64,000 nt of DNA, from the NCBI GenBank assembly GCA_040218735.1, contig JAVJQW010000008.1, positions 320,001 through 384,000 on the forward strand, read 5' to 3'. Positions 10,671 to 21,267 of this stretch are shown piece after piece (the first letter of the stretch is position 1; each line of letters starts with the position of its first letter). A model generated the notes under the pieces. The model searched no databases and was not told where the DNA came from. It saw only the letters and a program-made list of their open reading frames with translations. The stretch comes from Deltaproteobacteria bacterium (GTDB lineage: Bacteria > Myxococcota > Kuafuiibacteriia > Kuafuiibacteriales > Kuafuiibacteriaceae). A program made the position numbers and the translations under genes.

Positions 10671-13160
10671 TCAGCGGGCGGCGATCGTTTCCGAGGCCCA
10701 CGCGAGGGCCGCCTCCAGCGAGGGCGCCGCGTCGAGGCGCACGCGCTGCTCGAGCGGCTCGACCCACGTGGGGTGCAGGCTCCGCCAGCCGGTCGAGTCC
10801 AGGCCGATCCACAGCGGCCGTTCGGCGGCGAGGTCGACGAGCTGCGGGACGTCGGCGACGCCGAGGATGTCGAACACGTACGCGCTGGAGGGCGGCGTGC
10901 GCGCGAGGATGTCGCGCCAGGAGCCGAACGTCGGGCCGATGACCGCGGCGTCGAACGCGTCGTAGAGCACCTGCGCGAAGAGGCCTTCGACCGACGCCTC
11001 GGGGCCGCGTGCGATCAGCGCGACCGGCCGGTTGCCGACGCTCGGTAGCGAACGCATGGCGTCGCGGATCTGCGCGAGGTCGAACGCGCGATGGACGGCG
11101 AGGGTGTCGCCGTGGAGCGCGTTCGACGCCATCAGCCACGTCTCGGGTGCGGCGATCTCTCCGCGCCCTCGTGTCTGCAGGTACAGCGCGGAGACGCCGG
11201 CGCGTCGCGCGGCGTCGAGCACGCCGCTCAGCGCGGTGCCGCTCGCGTCGGTGACGAGGACGACGGGGCCGTCGCCGTCGTGGACGTAGAGTGCGGCGGG
11301 GATGCGCACCCCGGGGGTGGTCTCGAAGACGTACCGTTCGACGTCGAAGCCGAAGACCGTGGTGTACGCGTCGACGAGCTCGGGGTCGGGGGTCGCGTCG
11401 CGTGGTGCGTTCAGGTGCTCGAAGATCAGCTCGCGGTAGCGCTCGCGATCCAGGTCCTCGAAGGCGGGCAGTCGATCGATGTGGTCTTCGGCGCGTTCGC
11501 GCGCGAGTCGTGTCAGCGGCCTCGGCGTCGCGACGCGACCGCTCGGCGAGACCCAGAGGCGTTCGTCATCTTCGTCGAGGAGGTCGAGCGTGCCTTCGTC
11601 GATCGGATCACCCGGGCCGCCGCGCAGCGCGGCGTCGACGAAGCCGTACATGCGTTCGCGCATCGGACGGTCGTAGGTGTGGCCGACGTCGAACGGCGCG
11701 TGCTCCAAGGTCCCGTCTTCGAGGCCGTAGCGGATGTCGGCGAGCGCGACGGAATCGAGCGCGCCGCGGATCGGGAAGCCGCGATCGCGTTCGCCCGAGA
11801 GCACCAGGTACGGGCGCGGCGCGGCGAGCGCGACGAGCTCGCCCATGTCGGTGAAGCCGGCGACGCCCGGCGCGTAGGAGCACGGGTCGTGGTACTCGCC
11901 GGTGCTCAGGAACGCTTCGTAGGTCGTAACGTACGAGGCCGGGGCGGCGACCGCGACGCGTTCGTCGTAGGCCGCGAGGAAGAGTGTGTTGAGGCCGCCC
12001 CCGGAGTAGCCGCTCACCGCGAGGCGCGTGGTGTCGATCTCGCTGCGGGTCTCGAGATAGTCGATCGCACGCACGGAATCCCAGACGGTGATCGCGAGGT
12101 TCGACAGGCCCGTGATCGTGAGGCCCCAGTGCCGGTGGTGTTCGTTGCCGGACACCTTGCGCTCGCCCTGCCCGAATGGGTCGTAGACGAGCGAAGCAAA
12201 GCCGAGCTCGGCGAGCCGCGCCGCGCGACTCGTGGCGAAGTGCGAGCGCTTCGAGAGTCCGTGTCCGAGCGGGGAGAGGACGACGGGGAAGGGCGGTTGG
12301 CCGATCGTCGGGATGTAGAGGTTCGCGGTGACGACGACGCCCGGGCGCGACTCGAAGCGGACGACGTCGATGTCGTATTCGTCGCGTTCGATCGTGCGGA
12401 CGACCTCGGCGTCGAGCGGCGTGCGCTCCGGTTCGGGGAACAGCCCGAGGGCCGCGGCGAGGCGGGGTTCGACGAACGCTCGACGGTTGTCCCACTGCTC
12501 GATCTCGAGCGGCACGGGGATGTGCGTGCGGCGCGCCTCGGTGCGCGCGATGAGCTCGTCGTGCATCATCGAATCGGCGACATCGGGATCGAAGAGCCGC
12601 GCGCGCGCTTCTTCGAGCGTGAGATCGGCGCCGAGGCCATTCGTCACGAACAGCGCGTCGACCACTTCGATACCGTCACCGCCGTCCCGCACGACGAGGC
12701 GCGTGGGACCGTCGAGCTCCACCGCCCCGGCCCGCACCCAGGTGAACCCGCGCGACGACGAGGGTCCGTGCGTCGGCGCGAAGGCGACGCCGCCCAGCTC
12801 GATGACGAACGCACGATCCTTGTCGTCCGCGAATGCGCGCACCCAGACGGCGTAGGTGCCGGGCTCGAGGTCGACGGCGACGGAGGCGGTGCCCGTCGCC
12901 GGGCGCATGGAGAGGCCGGACGTCAGGAACCCTGTCCCCGAGTACGGGACGAGGTTCGTCTGCCGGCGCCAGTCCGACTCCAGATCCTCGGCTTCGATCC
13001 ACCGATGGCAGCACGCGGTCGCGGTGTACGTCGGCTCGACGACCCACCACGACTCGTCGAACGCGGGTGTCCCCGTCGGCCCCGGGGCGCCGCCGCCGCC
13101 CGGCGCCGGCGGTGCACCGCAAGCCGCGGCGAGCATGAAGATGGCGACCGCGCGTCGCAC
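10671..13160 (-). CDS. Alpha/beta hydrolase lipoprotein (acetyl xylan esterase-like)
   Basis: Lipobox AAAC. FESRPGVVVTANLYIP, DSVRAIDYL and nucleophile motif GYSGGG. Second degenerate hydrolase domain at the C-terminus. Confidence 0.8.
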   Translation of the reverse strand: MRRAVAIFMLAAACGAPPAPGGGGAPGPTGTPAFDESWWVVEPTYTATACCHRWIEAEDLESDWRRQTNLVPYSGTGFLTSGLSMRPATGTASVAVDLEPGTYAVWVRAFADDKDRAFVIELGGVAFAPTHGPSSSRGFTWVRAGAVELDGPTRLVVRDGGDGIEVVDALFVTNGLGADLTLEEARARLFDPDVADSMMHDELIARTEARRTHIPVPLEIEQWDNRRAFVEPRLAAALGLFPEPERTPLDAEVVRTIERDEYDIDVVRFESRPGVVVTANLYIPTIGQPPFPVVLSPLGHGLSKRSHFATSRAARLAELGFASLVYDPFGQGERKVSGNEHHRHWGLTITGLSNLAITVWDSVRAIDYLETRSEIDTTRLAVSGYSGGGLNTLFLAAYDERVAVAAPASYVTTYEAFLSTGEYHDPCSYAPGVAGFTDMGELVALAAPRPYLVLSGERDRGFPIRGALDSVALADIRYGLEDGTLEHAPFDVGHTYDRPMRERMYGFVDAALRGGPGDPIDEGTLDLLDEDDERLWVSPSGRVATPRPLTRLARERAEDHIDRLPAFEDLDRERYRELIFEHLNAPRDATPDPELVDAYTTVFGFDVERYVFETTPGVRIPAALYVHDGDGPVVLVTDASGTALSGVLDAARRAGVSALYLQTRGRGEIAAPETWLMASNALHGDTLAVHRAFDLAQIRDAMRSLPSVGNRPVALIARGPEASVEGLFAQVLYDAFDAAVIGPTFGSWRDILARTPPSSAYVFDILGVADVPQLVDLAAERPLWIGLDSTGWRSLHPTWVEPLEQRVRLDAAPSLEAALAWASETIAAR

Positions 13161-13230
13161 GACGCTGCCTATACTACCGTGTAGATCCTACAGGCGCGTC
13201 CCGAGAACGCTGCGCTAAGATCCCGGCGCC

Positions 13231-14586
13231 TTGGCTCGAAATCTCGCCGGGCGCCCCCTGCTTCGATGGGTCGCGCTCCTCTTCCTCCTCAGCCCTGCGT
13301 CTCGCGCGTACTCCGCGGCGCCCGCCGAGAGCGTCGCGATGCCCGACTTCTCGATATCGGGTGTCGACGAAACCGAAGCGGAGTCGCTCAACAGCGCGTT
13401 GCTCGGCGTCGCGGCGACCGCGGTCTCGGCGACGAAACGTACGCTCATCACCGCCGCGGATCTTCGGTCGCTGATCGACCACGAGTACAAGAAGTCGGTC
13501 CTGAAGTGTGAGTCGGACGAAGCGTGTCTGTCCGAGATCGCAGGTGCGCTCGGTGCGGACCTCCTCCTTCAGGGGAGCGTCGGCAAGGTCGAGAGCACCT
13601 ACAGCCTGTCGCTGGTCCTGCTCGACACACGAAGCGCGAGTGTCGTCCGCCGATTCCAAGGGACGGCGGGATCGAGCCGCGCCTTGTTCCTCACCGTCGA
13701 GCGGGGCGTGCAGGAGCTCTTCGACGAACACGCCCGGACCGCGCGCTCGGGGCTGGTGCTGGTGAAGACCACCCCCCCGGGCGCGTCGATCTTCATCGAC
13801 GGCGAGCGCGTGGGCGTATCGCCCTTCAACGCGGAGATCGATCTCGGTGAGCACGAAGTTCGCGCGGAGCTCGGCGAGCTCGCGGGCTCGGAGATCGTGT
13901 TCGTGGAACCGCAGGGCGTCACGCGCGTGCAGCTCGACTTGAAACAACCGCTGGTCGAGGCGCTCTTCCTCTCGGACCCGCCCGAGGCGCGCGTGTACAT
14001 CGATGGCGCCTACGCGGGGGAGACGCCGCTGCGCGTTCGTGAGCTGCGGTCGGGCGAACGCGAGGTCGTCGTCGAGCTCGACGGGTACCTCACGGACCGA
14101 CGCCAGATGGCGGTCTCGCGTGCGGAGTACGAGCTGCGCGGTCGCGAGCCGTTCCGGCACGAGGTCGAGCTGAAGCGTCGGTGGCCGGTCGAGCCCGGGA
14201 TCGGGATCGGCATGATCGGCACCGCCTCCAAACCGAGCGACGGGCTCGGGTTGTACGTCGACCTCACCGCGGATATCTGGGACTGGCTCCAGCTCGCCGT
14301 CGGCTACGTCAACCCGACCGCGTGGACCGCGGGGGCGCGGGTGTTCGTCCTGCGCGAGTCGTTCGAGTTGGGTGTCGTCGCGCGGGGCATCGCCTTTCGA
14401 CGTCGCGCCGTCGAAGACGACGGTCCATTCCAGCCGGCCGTCGAGGGTGGGCTTTCCGCCGGCTACGTGTTGCGCACCCCCGCGGGTCGAGTCGGCGTGC
14501 GCATCGAGCCGACGGTCTCTTTGGACATCGAGCGGCGGCGAGTCGCGTTCCCCGTGATCGCCGCGATGACTTGGGCGTTGCGATGA
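13231..14586 (+). CDS. PEGA domain protein
   Basis: Two PEGA motifs (TTPPGASIFIDGERVGVSP; SDPPEARVYIDGAYAGETP). N-terminal C-x4-CLSEIAGALGAD domain. Confidence 0.8.
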   Translation: MARNLAGRPLLRWVALLFLLSPASRAYSAAPAESVAMPDFSISGVDETEAESLNSALLGVAATAVSATKRTLITAADLRSLIDHEYKKSVLKCESDEACLSEIAGALGADLLLQGSVGKVESTYSLSLVLLDTRSASVVRRFQGTAGSSRALFLTVERGVQELFDEHARTARSGLVLVKTTPPGASIFIDGERVGVSPFNAEIDLGEHEVRAELGELAGSEIVFVEPQGVTRVQLDLKQPLVEALFLSDPPEARVYIDGAYAGETPLRVRELRSGEREVVVELDGYLTDRRQMAVSRAEYELRGREPFRHEVELKRRWPVEPGIGIGMIGTASKPSDGLGLYVDLTADIWDWLQLAVGYVNPTAWTAGARVFVLRESFELGVVARGIAFRRRAVEDDGPFQPAVEGGLSAGYVLRTPAGRVGVRIEPTVSLDIERRRVAFPVIAAMTWALR

Positions 14587-14613
14587 ACGTGCGAATGAAC
14601 CTGGCGCTGTGCC

Positions 14614-16908
14614 GTGATGTCGATGACCGCGGCGTGCCTCGAGTACGCCCCGTACGATCGATCCGTGTGTGCGGACGACGGGATCTACGACGTGGGAGGC
14701 GGTCAGCTCGCGCCGAACCGCTTCGACGAGCTCCTCGACGGGTGTCGCATCATCGAAGGGTCCGTGACGATCGACGCGACCGTCGAATCCACGGCGCCGT
14801 TCGTGAACATCGAAGAGATCCGCGGGAACCTGCGCGTGAGTGGTGCGGCGCTGGAGCGCCTGGACGACTTCGCCAAGCTCGTCCGGGTGACGGGGGCGCT
14901 CCAGATCCGTTCGAACGACGACCTCGTCACGTTGTCGCTCCCGAACCTCGTCGAGGTGGGGTCGATGGTCATCGCGACGAATCGGCGACTGGTCGAGGTC
15001 GATTTCCCACGTCTCGAACAGGTGGTGGCGGAAGGCGTGCCTGCGATCGCGTTCGATGAAAATGCGATGCTGGAGACGATCGGCGGGTTCGAAGCGCTCG
15101 AACGCGTGGTGGCGACGGACACGATCTTCGTCGAGAACCACGCTCGACTCCGTCGTATCGAGGGCTTCGCAGCGCTGACCGCGCTGGAGGGGAGGCTCGA
15201 GCTCAAGCAGCTCCCGTTGCTCACCGAGATCACGGCGTTCACCGCGCGTCCGTCGGGCGTGGTGTCGCTGACGTTCGTGGACACCGGCTTCCCCGGCTGT
15301 GAGCTCGACGGGCTCCTCGACGTCCTCTCGCTGTCGCCCTCCCAGGTGTTCACGGATCTCGATTGTCGCCTCGCGTTCTCGGAGACGCTCCCCGCGACGG
15401 TGCAGGCGAACGATGACCTCGACCTCGAGTGGGTGGTGGATGGGTTGCCGTCGTCGTCGACGCTCACGCTCACGATCGAATCGATCGATGGCGTCGACGT
15501 CGTGCCGCTCGCGCTGAGCTCGACCGGTCTCACGTTCCGGACGCCGAATCGCTCCGAGACGCTCCGGTTCGAGCTCATGGGCACGTGGGACGACCGGACG
15601 CTGAGCGACGTCTACGAGGCGTTCGTGGATCCGAACTTCGTCGATCTGCCGCCCCACATCGTCGCGGTCGACACGGCGACCGTCGTCGCGGGGTTCGAGC
15701 TCCCGCTGAACATCACCGTCACGGATCCCAACGAGGAGGACGTCGTCACGTTGACCGCGTCCTCCGAGAACGGCGGAACCGTCACGAAGGTCTCCGAGAC
15801 GTCGTGGGTGTATCAGGCGCCGGATGCGTTCCGCGGCGTCGACAACGTGACCTTCGTGGCGCAGTCCAACGCGTTGATGGACACCCACCGGATCGCGGTG
15901 ACCAATCTGCACGCCGAAGTCGTACCAACCGCCTCCACGCCGGGACGCGGCCTCGCCCTGGACCAGGCCGCGCGGCGCCTGGTCTACGTCACGGATCGCG
16001 CAGTCGTACGGCGCGAGGTCGCCGACGGGCTGACGCGGAGCTACGAGCACTTCTCCTTCGTCGCTCCTCGAATTCCGTCGGCCTCCGCGGACGCGAACAA
16101 GGTCGTGTTCGTCGCCGACCGCAACGGAGAGGCGGAGGTGTTCATCGTCGACTTCGAGGCGGTCTCCCACGAGGTCATCAGCGTGGGGCCCTTCGAGACG
16201 TATGACTTCGGCCACGAAATCCGGCCGAACGGAAACAGCGCCGTGCTCTCGCTCAGCGCGAAGGGCGGGCCGATGGGTGTCTACACCTGGCTGCCCACGC
16301 TGGCCGAACGCTCGATGGGCGGCGATTGCCGTGGGGGAGTCTCGACCAATGACCTCGGTCGCATCGTCTACGCCACAGACGCCGCGGAGCTCGATGACGG
16401 CGTAGGGGGCATCGTTCTCCTCGGGGCCCGCATCGACAGGCCCGTTGGGTTCACGGGACCGCCCACCTCCGGGGGCTTCTTCCCGTCGATGTCCAGCGAC
16501 GGGATGGCCATCGCCTTTGCCTCGCGCGCGCGCCTCGTCGGCAATCTCCCCGAAGACGGGGCCACTCGCGTCTACTTCTGGCTGCGCAGGATGGGGCGAC
16601 CGGACCTGCTGACGCGTGTCACCATCGCCGAGGTCGACACGCCTCGCGACCTCGAGCTCACGTCGGATGGCTCGACCATCATCGTGCGCACCACGACGCG
16701 CATCGACGACACCGTCGACACGGACGACGCGCCCGATCTCTACCGCTTCGTCATCCCCGAGGACCCGCTCGCGGGGTCCTGGACCCCGGAGCTCCTCACG
16801 CACGCGCAGACGGGCATCGACCGCATCGACGACTTCGCGGTCGACGCGACGGGGCGGCGGTTCGTGGTGCGGGACGGCGAAGACCTTTGGCTGGTCTCCG
16901 CCTGGTGA
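14614..16908 (+). CDS. Receptor-L-like repeat / Ig-like / TolB-like propeller lipoprotein; 5' end possibly frameshifted
   Basis: GCRIIEGSV...IEEIRGNLRV...LVRVTGALQI L-domain-like repeats and PSMSSDG propeller motif. Signal peptide before AAC is very short. Confidence 0.65.
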   Translation: MMSMTAACLEYAPYDRSVCADDGIYDVGGGQLAPNRFDELLDGCRIIEGSVTIDATVESTAPFVNIEEIRGNLRVSGAALERLDDFAKLVRVTGALQIRSNDDLVTLSLPNLVEVGSMVIATNRRLVEVDFPRLEQVVAEGVPAIAFDENAMLETIGGFEALERVVATDTIFVENHARLRRIEGFAALTALEGRLELKQLPLLTEITAFTARPSGVVSLTFVDTGFPGCELDGLLDVLSLSPSQVFTDLDCRLAFSETLPATVQANDDLDLEWVVDGLPSSSTLTLTIESIDGVDVVPLALSSTGLTFRTPNRSETLRFELMGTWDDRTLSDVYEAFVDPNFVDLPPHIVAVDTATVVAGFELPLNITVTDPNEEDVVTLTASSENGGTVTKVSETSWVYQAPDAFRGVDNVTFVAQSNALMDTHRIAVTNLHAEVVPTASTPGRGLALDQAARRLVYVTDRAVVRREVADGLTRSYEHFSFVAPRIPSASADANKVVFVADRNGEAEVFIVDFEAVSHEVISVGPFETYDFGHEIRPNGNSAVLSLSAKGGPMGVYTWLPTLAERSMGGDCRGGVSTNDLGRIVYATDAAELDDGVGGIVLLGARIDRPVGFTGPPTSGGFFPSMSSDGMAIAFASRARLVGNLPEDGATRVYFWLRRMGRPDLLTRVTIAEVDTPRDLELTSDGSTIIVRTTTRIDDTVDTDDAPDLYRFVIPEDPLAGSWTPELLTHAQTGIDRIDDFAVDATGRRFVVRDGEDLWLVSAW

Positions 16909-16914
16909 CGCGGG

Positions 16915-19098
16915 TCAGTAGCAGAAGCTGATGATCGCGCTCGTGGGCGAAGCGGTGCTCGGCTGCCACGTGCCCATCTGCGAGACGCTGTTCCAGTTGA
17001 TGTAACCTGCCGTCCAGTACTGGTTGTTCGTCAGCGGCTGGCTGACGGTCGCGACGACCATGCCGCGGATGGCGATCTGCACGGTGGGCGTAACGGCGCC
17101 GTTGCCGCGGTCGTTGAAGAGGTGGACGACGACTCGATACTGGCCGTCCTCCGCGACGCTCAGGTTGATGTTCTCGGGGCCGGGGCCGAACAGGTCGTCG
17201 CGGTCCAGGAACGGGTTGTCCTGCGGCACGCCGGCGACACCCCAGTCGGGGTTCGTGTTGCAGAAGCAGTTGTCGCCGGGGGCGTCGAAGAGCAGGCCGC
17301 CGCCGGGGCGGATCAGGTGCAGGTCGACGTCGTGGTTCATGCCCGGCCACGTCAGCGTGATCGAGATGTCCGTGAGCGACGGCGGCGGCGGGTCGGTCGT
17401 CGCGCTGATCGGGACGTTCACGTTGCCGCCCGGATCGTTCGACTGGATCTCCAGCGTCCCGGTGTACGAGGCGACCACGCCGTTGTCGAAGTAGTCGACG
17501 TTGAACATCGTCGACGCGCCGGGGTTGAGCGACGTCATCGCGGCCGGCGGGGAAGGCAACGTGAAGCGGCCGCCCGCGTTGTTCGTGAGGCGCACCAGGT
17601 TGAGCACGAGCGGCGCGGTGCCGTCGTTGCGGACCAGCACCGAGCGCGACGCCTGCGTCCCGCGCGGCACGCCGCCGAACGCGATCGGGTTCGGGCTCAC
17701 GAAGATCGCGGGGAGCGCCTGCATCGTACCTTCGCCGGTGATCGGGACGCGCACGGTGGGCGTCGTCGGGTCGTTGCTCCGCACCACGACCTCCGCGGCC
17801 GGCGCGATGCCGACCTGCGTCGGCGCGAACTCGACCTGGAACGTCGACAGGTCCATCGGCCGCAGCGCCGTGCCGGAGGTCGGCGCGTTCACGAGCGTGT
17901 ACGGCGTGCCCATCGGCTCGATCGTCACGTCCTGCGAGAGCATCAGATCCGCGGTGCCGAGGTTCGACACCGTGAGGTTGAGTTGGCGCGTCTGCGCGAC
18001 TTCGACCGCGCCGAACGCGAGTGACGTCGGCGAGACGTCCACGCGCGGCGTCGGCGCGATGTCCGCGGTGCCGTTGATCGCGACCTGAACAGGCTGCGGC
18101 GCGCCCGTCGACTGCACCCGCACCTGATCCATGTGCGGCGTGTCGTTCTGCGGCGCGTACGTGACGTCGACCTGCATCGAAGCACCCGCGAGGATCGTGT
18201 ACGGCGCGGTCGCGGTCGTCGTGAGCGAGAACTGCGGCGTCATCGTCGTGTTGCTGGAGACGAAGACGAGCTCGGTGATGTCGTGGTCGACGTCGCCGAT
18301 GTTGCGGATGAAGAACGGCTGCGTGCGCGTCTCGCCGACGTAGAGGCTCGAGAACGAGAGCGTCAGCGGCTCGACGACGATGTCCGTGTCGACGCCTTCG
18401 CCGCGCACGTTCACCGCGAGCGCTTCGGCGCGCGGTGAGTTGTCGAGGATGGTGATCGTCGCCATGTCCGGCCCGACGTCGGTCGGCGCGTAGGAGACCG
18501 GCAGATCGACCGACGCACCCGGCGCGAGCTCCACGCGTCCGAGCGTCGAGCTCACCTCCATCGTCCCCGCCGTCATCGCGCGCAGGAGCGTGACCGGGCG
18601 ATCGGAGCGGTTCGTCAGCGCGACGGTCGCGCTCACGGTGCGGCCGACGAGCACACGACCGAAGTCGACCGTCGCCGGCGACGCGACGATCGCGGGCTCG
18701 ACGCCGCGCCCCTTCACCGGGACGACGACCGTCTTCTCCTGGGGCGAGTCGGTCTCGAACGTGATCGTGCCTTCGCGAAGGCCGGGGCTCGTCGGCACGA
18801 ACGTGAGCGTCGCGCCGTGTTTGGCGCCGGCGCCCAACGCAGGCGGGATCTCGGAGAGCGTGAACTCACCGGCGAGTGAGTCCGACAGCGTCACCGACAT
18901 GATGTCGAGCGGGACGGAGCCGGGGTTCGTGAGCTCGAGGTCGGCGGTGTACGAGACGCCGACGGCGGCGTCGCCGAAGTCGACGGCTTCGGGATCGACG
19001 ATGAGGACCGCGTCACCACGGGCGACGACGAATTCCTCCTCACAGGCGAGGGCGCTCGCGGCGAGGAGGAGCGCCACGGTCACGAGAGTGCGGTTCAT
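16915..19098 (-). CDS. Lipoprotein with tandem ASH/choice-of-anchor-D Ig-like domains and a YfaP-like C-terminus
   Basis: MNRTLVTVALLLAASALAC lipobox. Repeated (V)SPxxxxFG...xNxG...SNDP units. C-terminal DVDLHL...LDRDD..GPGPENI. Confidence 0.8.
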   Translation of the reverse strand: MNRTLVTVALLLAASALACEEEFVVARGDAVLIVDPEAVDFGDAAVGVSYTADLELTNPGSVPLDIMSVTLSDSLAGEFTLSEIPPALGAGAKHGATLTFVPTSPGLREGTITFETDSPQEKTVVVPVKGRGVEPAIVASPATVDFGRVLVGRTVSATVALTNRSDRPVTLLRAMTAGTMEVSSTLGRVELAPGASVDLPVSYAPTDVGPDMATITILDNSPRAEALAVNVRGEGVDTDIVVEPLTLSFSSLYVGETRTQPFFIRNIGDVDHDITELVFVSSNTTMTPQFSLTTTATAPYTILAGASMQVDVTYAPQNDTPHMDQVRVQSTGAPQPVQVAINGTADIAPTPRVDVSPTSLAFGAVEVAQTRQLNLTVSNLGTADLMLSQDVTIEPMGTPYTLVNAPTSGTALRPMDLSTFQVEFAPTQVGIAPAAEVVVRSNDPTTPTVRVPITGEGTMQALPAIFVSPNPIAFGGVPRGTQASRSVLVRNDGTAPLVLNLVRLTNNAGGRFTLPSPPAAMTSLNPGASTMFNVDYFDNGVVASYTGTLEIQSNDPGGNVNVPISATTDPPPPSLTDISITLTWPGMNHDVDLHLIRPGGGLLFDAPGDNCFCNTNPDWGVAGVPQDNPFLDRDDLFGPGPENINLSVAEDGQYRVVVHLFNDRGNGAVTPTVQIAIRGMVVATVSQPLTNNQYWTAGYINWNSVSQMGTWQPSTASPTSAIISFCY

Positions 19099-19238
19099 CC
19101 GACGCAAACTAGAAAACTCACCGAATTGCGGCATCGGACCTCTGTCGGGGGTCTGGGGTAGGACCCTATAACCGCGGGGAGGTGTGGACAGGTGCGCACG
19201 GCTTGACGGCGAGGGCATCCGTTTGGAAAGTGCGCGCC

Positions 19239-19910
19239 ATGATAACGGTTCGGACCTCGATCCTCGCATTCGCCGCCGTGGCGCTGTTTGCCTGTAAGGA
19301 CGGCGCGGCGGGCGAAGGTGACCCGAAGACCGCGAGCAAGGCGATGGATCTGAAGGATCCTTCGACGCTCACCGCGAAAGCCCCCGACACGTACACGGTG
19401 AAGCTGAAGACCACCAAGGGCGACGTCCTGATCGACGTGACGCGCGCCTGGGCGCCGCTCGGCGCTGACCGCTTCTACAACCTCGTGAAGGCCGGGTTCT
19501 ACGATGACACCGCGTTCTTCCGCGTGATCCCCGGGTTCATGGCGCAGATCGGCATCCACGGTGACCCCGCCATCGCCGAGGCCTGGCGCGCCGCGCGCAT
19601 CCAGGACGACCCGGTGAAGGAGTCGAACACCCGCGGCATGGTGTCGTTCGCCACCGCCGGCCCGAACACCCGCACGACGCAGTTCTTCATCAACTTCGGG
19701 AACAACGCGCGCCTCGACGGGATGGGCTTCGCCCCGATCGGGAAGGTCCGCAACATGGAGATCGTCGACAAGCTCCACGGCGGCTACGGCGAAGGCGCGC
19801 CGCGCGGGAAGGGCCCGAACCAGGGCCGACTCAACCGCGAGGGCAACACGTACCTGAAGGCGGACTTCCCGGAGCTCGACTACATCGAGAAGGCGACGAT
19901 CGAAGGCTGA
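19239..19910 (+). CDS. Cyclophilin-type peptidyl-prolyl isomerase (lipoprotein)
   Basis: Motifs WAPLGADRFYNLV, FFRVIPGFMAQIG, TRTTQFFIN. Lipobox LFAC. Confidence 0.92.
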   Translation: MITVRTSILAFAAVALFACKDGAAGEGDPKTASKAMDLKDPSTLTAKAPDTYTVKLKTTKGDVLIDVTRAWAPLGADRFYNLVKAGFYDDTAFFRVIPGFMAQIGIHGDPAIAEAWRAARIQDDPVKESNTRGMVSFATAGPNTRTTQFFINFGNNARLDGMGFAPIGKVRNMEIVDKLHGGYGEGAPRGKGPNQGRLNREGNTYLKADFPELDYIEKATIEG

Positions 19911-19911
19911 C

Positions 19912-20436
19912 ATGAGCAGCCCCCCGCGGTCGGCCGAAGTCGAAGAACGCGCCCGGCGCGTCAAAGCGCTGTTCATGGACGTCGATGGCGTCCTGACGGA
20001 CGGGCGCGTCCAGTACCTCGCCGACGGCAGCGAGCTGAAGTCGTTCCACGTGCGCGACGGGCTCGGCATCAAGCTGATGCGCGTGGCGGACTGCCGCGTC
20101 GCGTTCATCTCGGGGCGCACCAGCCCCGCCGTGCAGCGCCGCGGCGAAGAGCTCGGCGTGGACGCGATGTTCCTCGGCATCGAGGACAAGAACGGCGCGT
20201 ATGACGCACTCCTCGAACAGTTCGGCATCACCGAGGACGAGGTCGCTTATGTAGGAGACGACCTCCCCGATCTCGACGTCCTCCGACGTTCAGGGTTGTC
20301 GTTCGCGGTCGCGGACGCCGCGCCGGAGGTCAGGAGCGCCGCGCACGTCGTGTTGCGAACCAGCGGCGGGCAGGGTGCCGTTCGGGAGGCGTGTGAGCGT
20401 ATCCTCAAGGCGAAGGGAGCCTGGCGCATCGATTGA
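19912..20436 (+). CDS. kdsC: KDO 8-phosphate phosphatase (HAD family)
   Basis: Motifs DVDGVLTDG, KSFHVRDGLG, GDDLPD, GGQGAVRE. Confidence 0.92.
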   Translation: MSSPPRSAEVEERARRVKALFMDVDGVLTDGRVQYLADGSELKSFHVRDGLGIKLMRVADCRVAFISGRTSPAVQRRGEELGVDAMFLGIEDKNGAYDALLEQFGITEDEVAYVGDDLPDLDVLRRSGLSFAVADAAPEVRSAAHVVLRTSGGQGAVREACERILKAKGAWRID

Positions 20437-20460
20437 TGCGACACTAGGCCGCGCCGACGC

Positions 20461-21165
20461 ATGTCGTGGTGGCGAGACATCCTGCGCGTGTTGGGTCTGA
20501 CGACCGACGCACGCGTGCACATCAGCGCGCCGGACATCGAGGTCGTGCTGACCGGAGATCCCGAGCTCGTCCGGACGCTGCTGCCCGTCGTCAAACACGA
20601 GCTGGAGCAGCTGCACGCGCCGGGGCGGAGACGTCGCCGCCGGCTCCCTTCGAACGAAGAGGAGATCGTGCGCCCCTCCGAGCTCGACGAGATGGACTCG
20701 CCGTACGCGCTGCCCGAGGCGCGCGTGCTCCCGGTCGGTGACAGTCAGATCACCGACGACGCGATCGTTCGCAGCGACACCCTCGACGAGCCCGCGACGC
20801 TGCGTCCGCCGACGGACGCCGAAGCCAACCTGCAGCAGCGACCGGCCGTCGGCCCCGCGGACTCGGACGACCGCCCCAAGCCGGAGGTCGTCGGGACGAA
20901 GCTCGAGTCGGATCCGCCCGACGAGGACGAGCCGGAACCCGAGGTCACGGCGGTCGCGCCGAACCCGAGCGGTCCGCAGGCGCTGCCGGCGAAAGAGAAG
21001 CCCATCCCCGAGCAAGCGACGGTCGAGGTGCACAGCCCGCCGCGCGGCACGCGGGCACCGAGCTTGAAGCGCAAAGGCTTCGTCAGCGACAGCGGCCCGA
21101 CGCTGATGCCCTCCGAGAGCGCGAGTGATCTGATCACCGACGAACGCCCCGACAGCGATCTCTGA
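20461..21165 (+). CDS. Hypothetical Pro/acidic low-complexity protein
   Basis: ORF follows kdsC in the same orientation and fills the gap to the next promoter. Confidence 0.6.
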   Translation: MSWWRDILRVLGLTTDARVHISAPDIEVVLTGDPELVRTLLPVVKHELEQLHAPGRRRRRRLPSNEEEIVRPSELDEMDSPYALPEARVLPVGDSQITDDAIVRSDTLDEPATLRPPTDAEANLQQRPAVGPADSDDRPKPEVVGTKLESDPPDEDEPEPEVTAVAPNPSGPQALPAKEKPIPEQATVEVHSPPRGTRAPSLKRKGFVSDSGPTLMPSESASDLITDERPDSDL

Positions 21166-21238
21166 CGCCTCGTCACTCGCTTTGACAGGATGTCACGCGG
21201 ACCCGCGGCGCACGGGTTCGATGCGACGTCGCGCGGCC

Positions 21239-21254
21239 TGGCACACCTGTTGCG
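21239..21254 (+). promoter_or_regulatory. sigma54 (-24/-12) promoter
   Basis: TGGCACACCTGTTGCG, a consensus match, just upstream of the GTG at 21268. Confidence 0.7.
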
Positions 21255-21267
21255 AATCGCCACGCTC

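Noticed and set aside
13174-16803. 1209-aa minus-strand ORF, and many similar long ORFs such as 45660..48953, 23930..26392 and 11091..13184
   Set aside because: Antisense shadows of real genes in high-GC DNA; Arg/Val-rich with no recognisable motifs.
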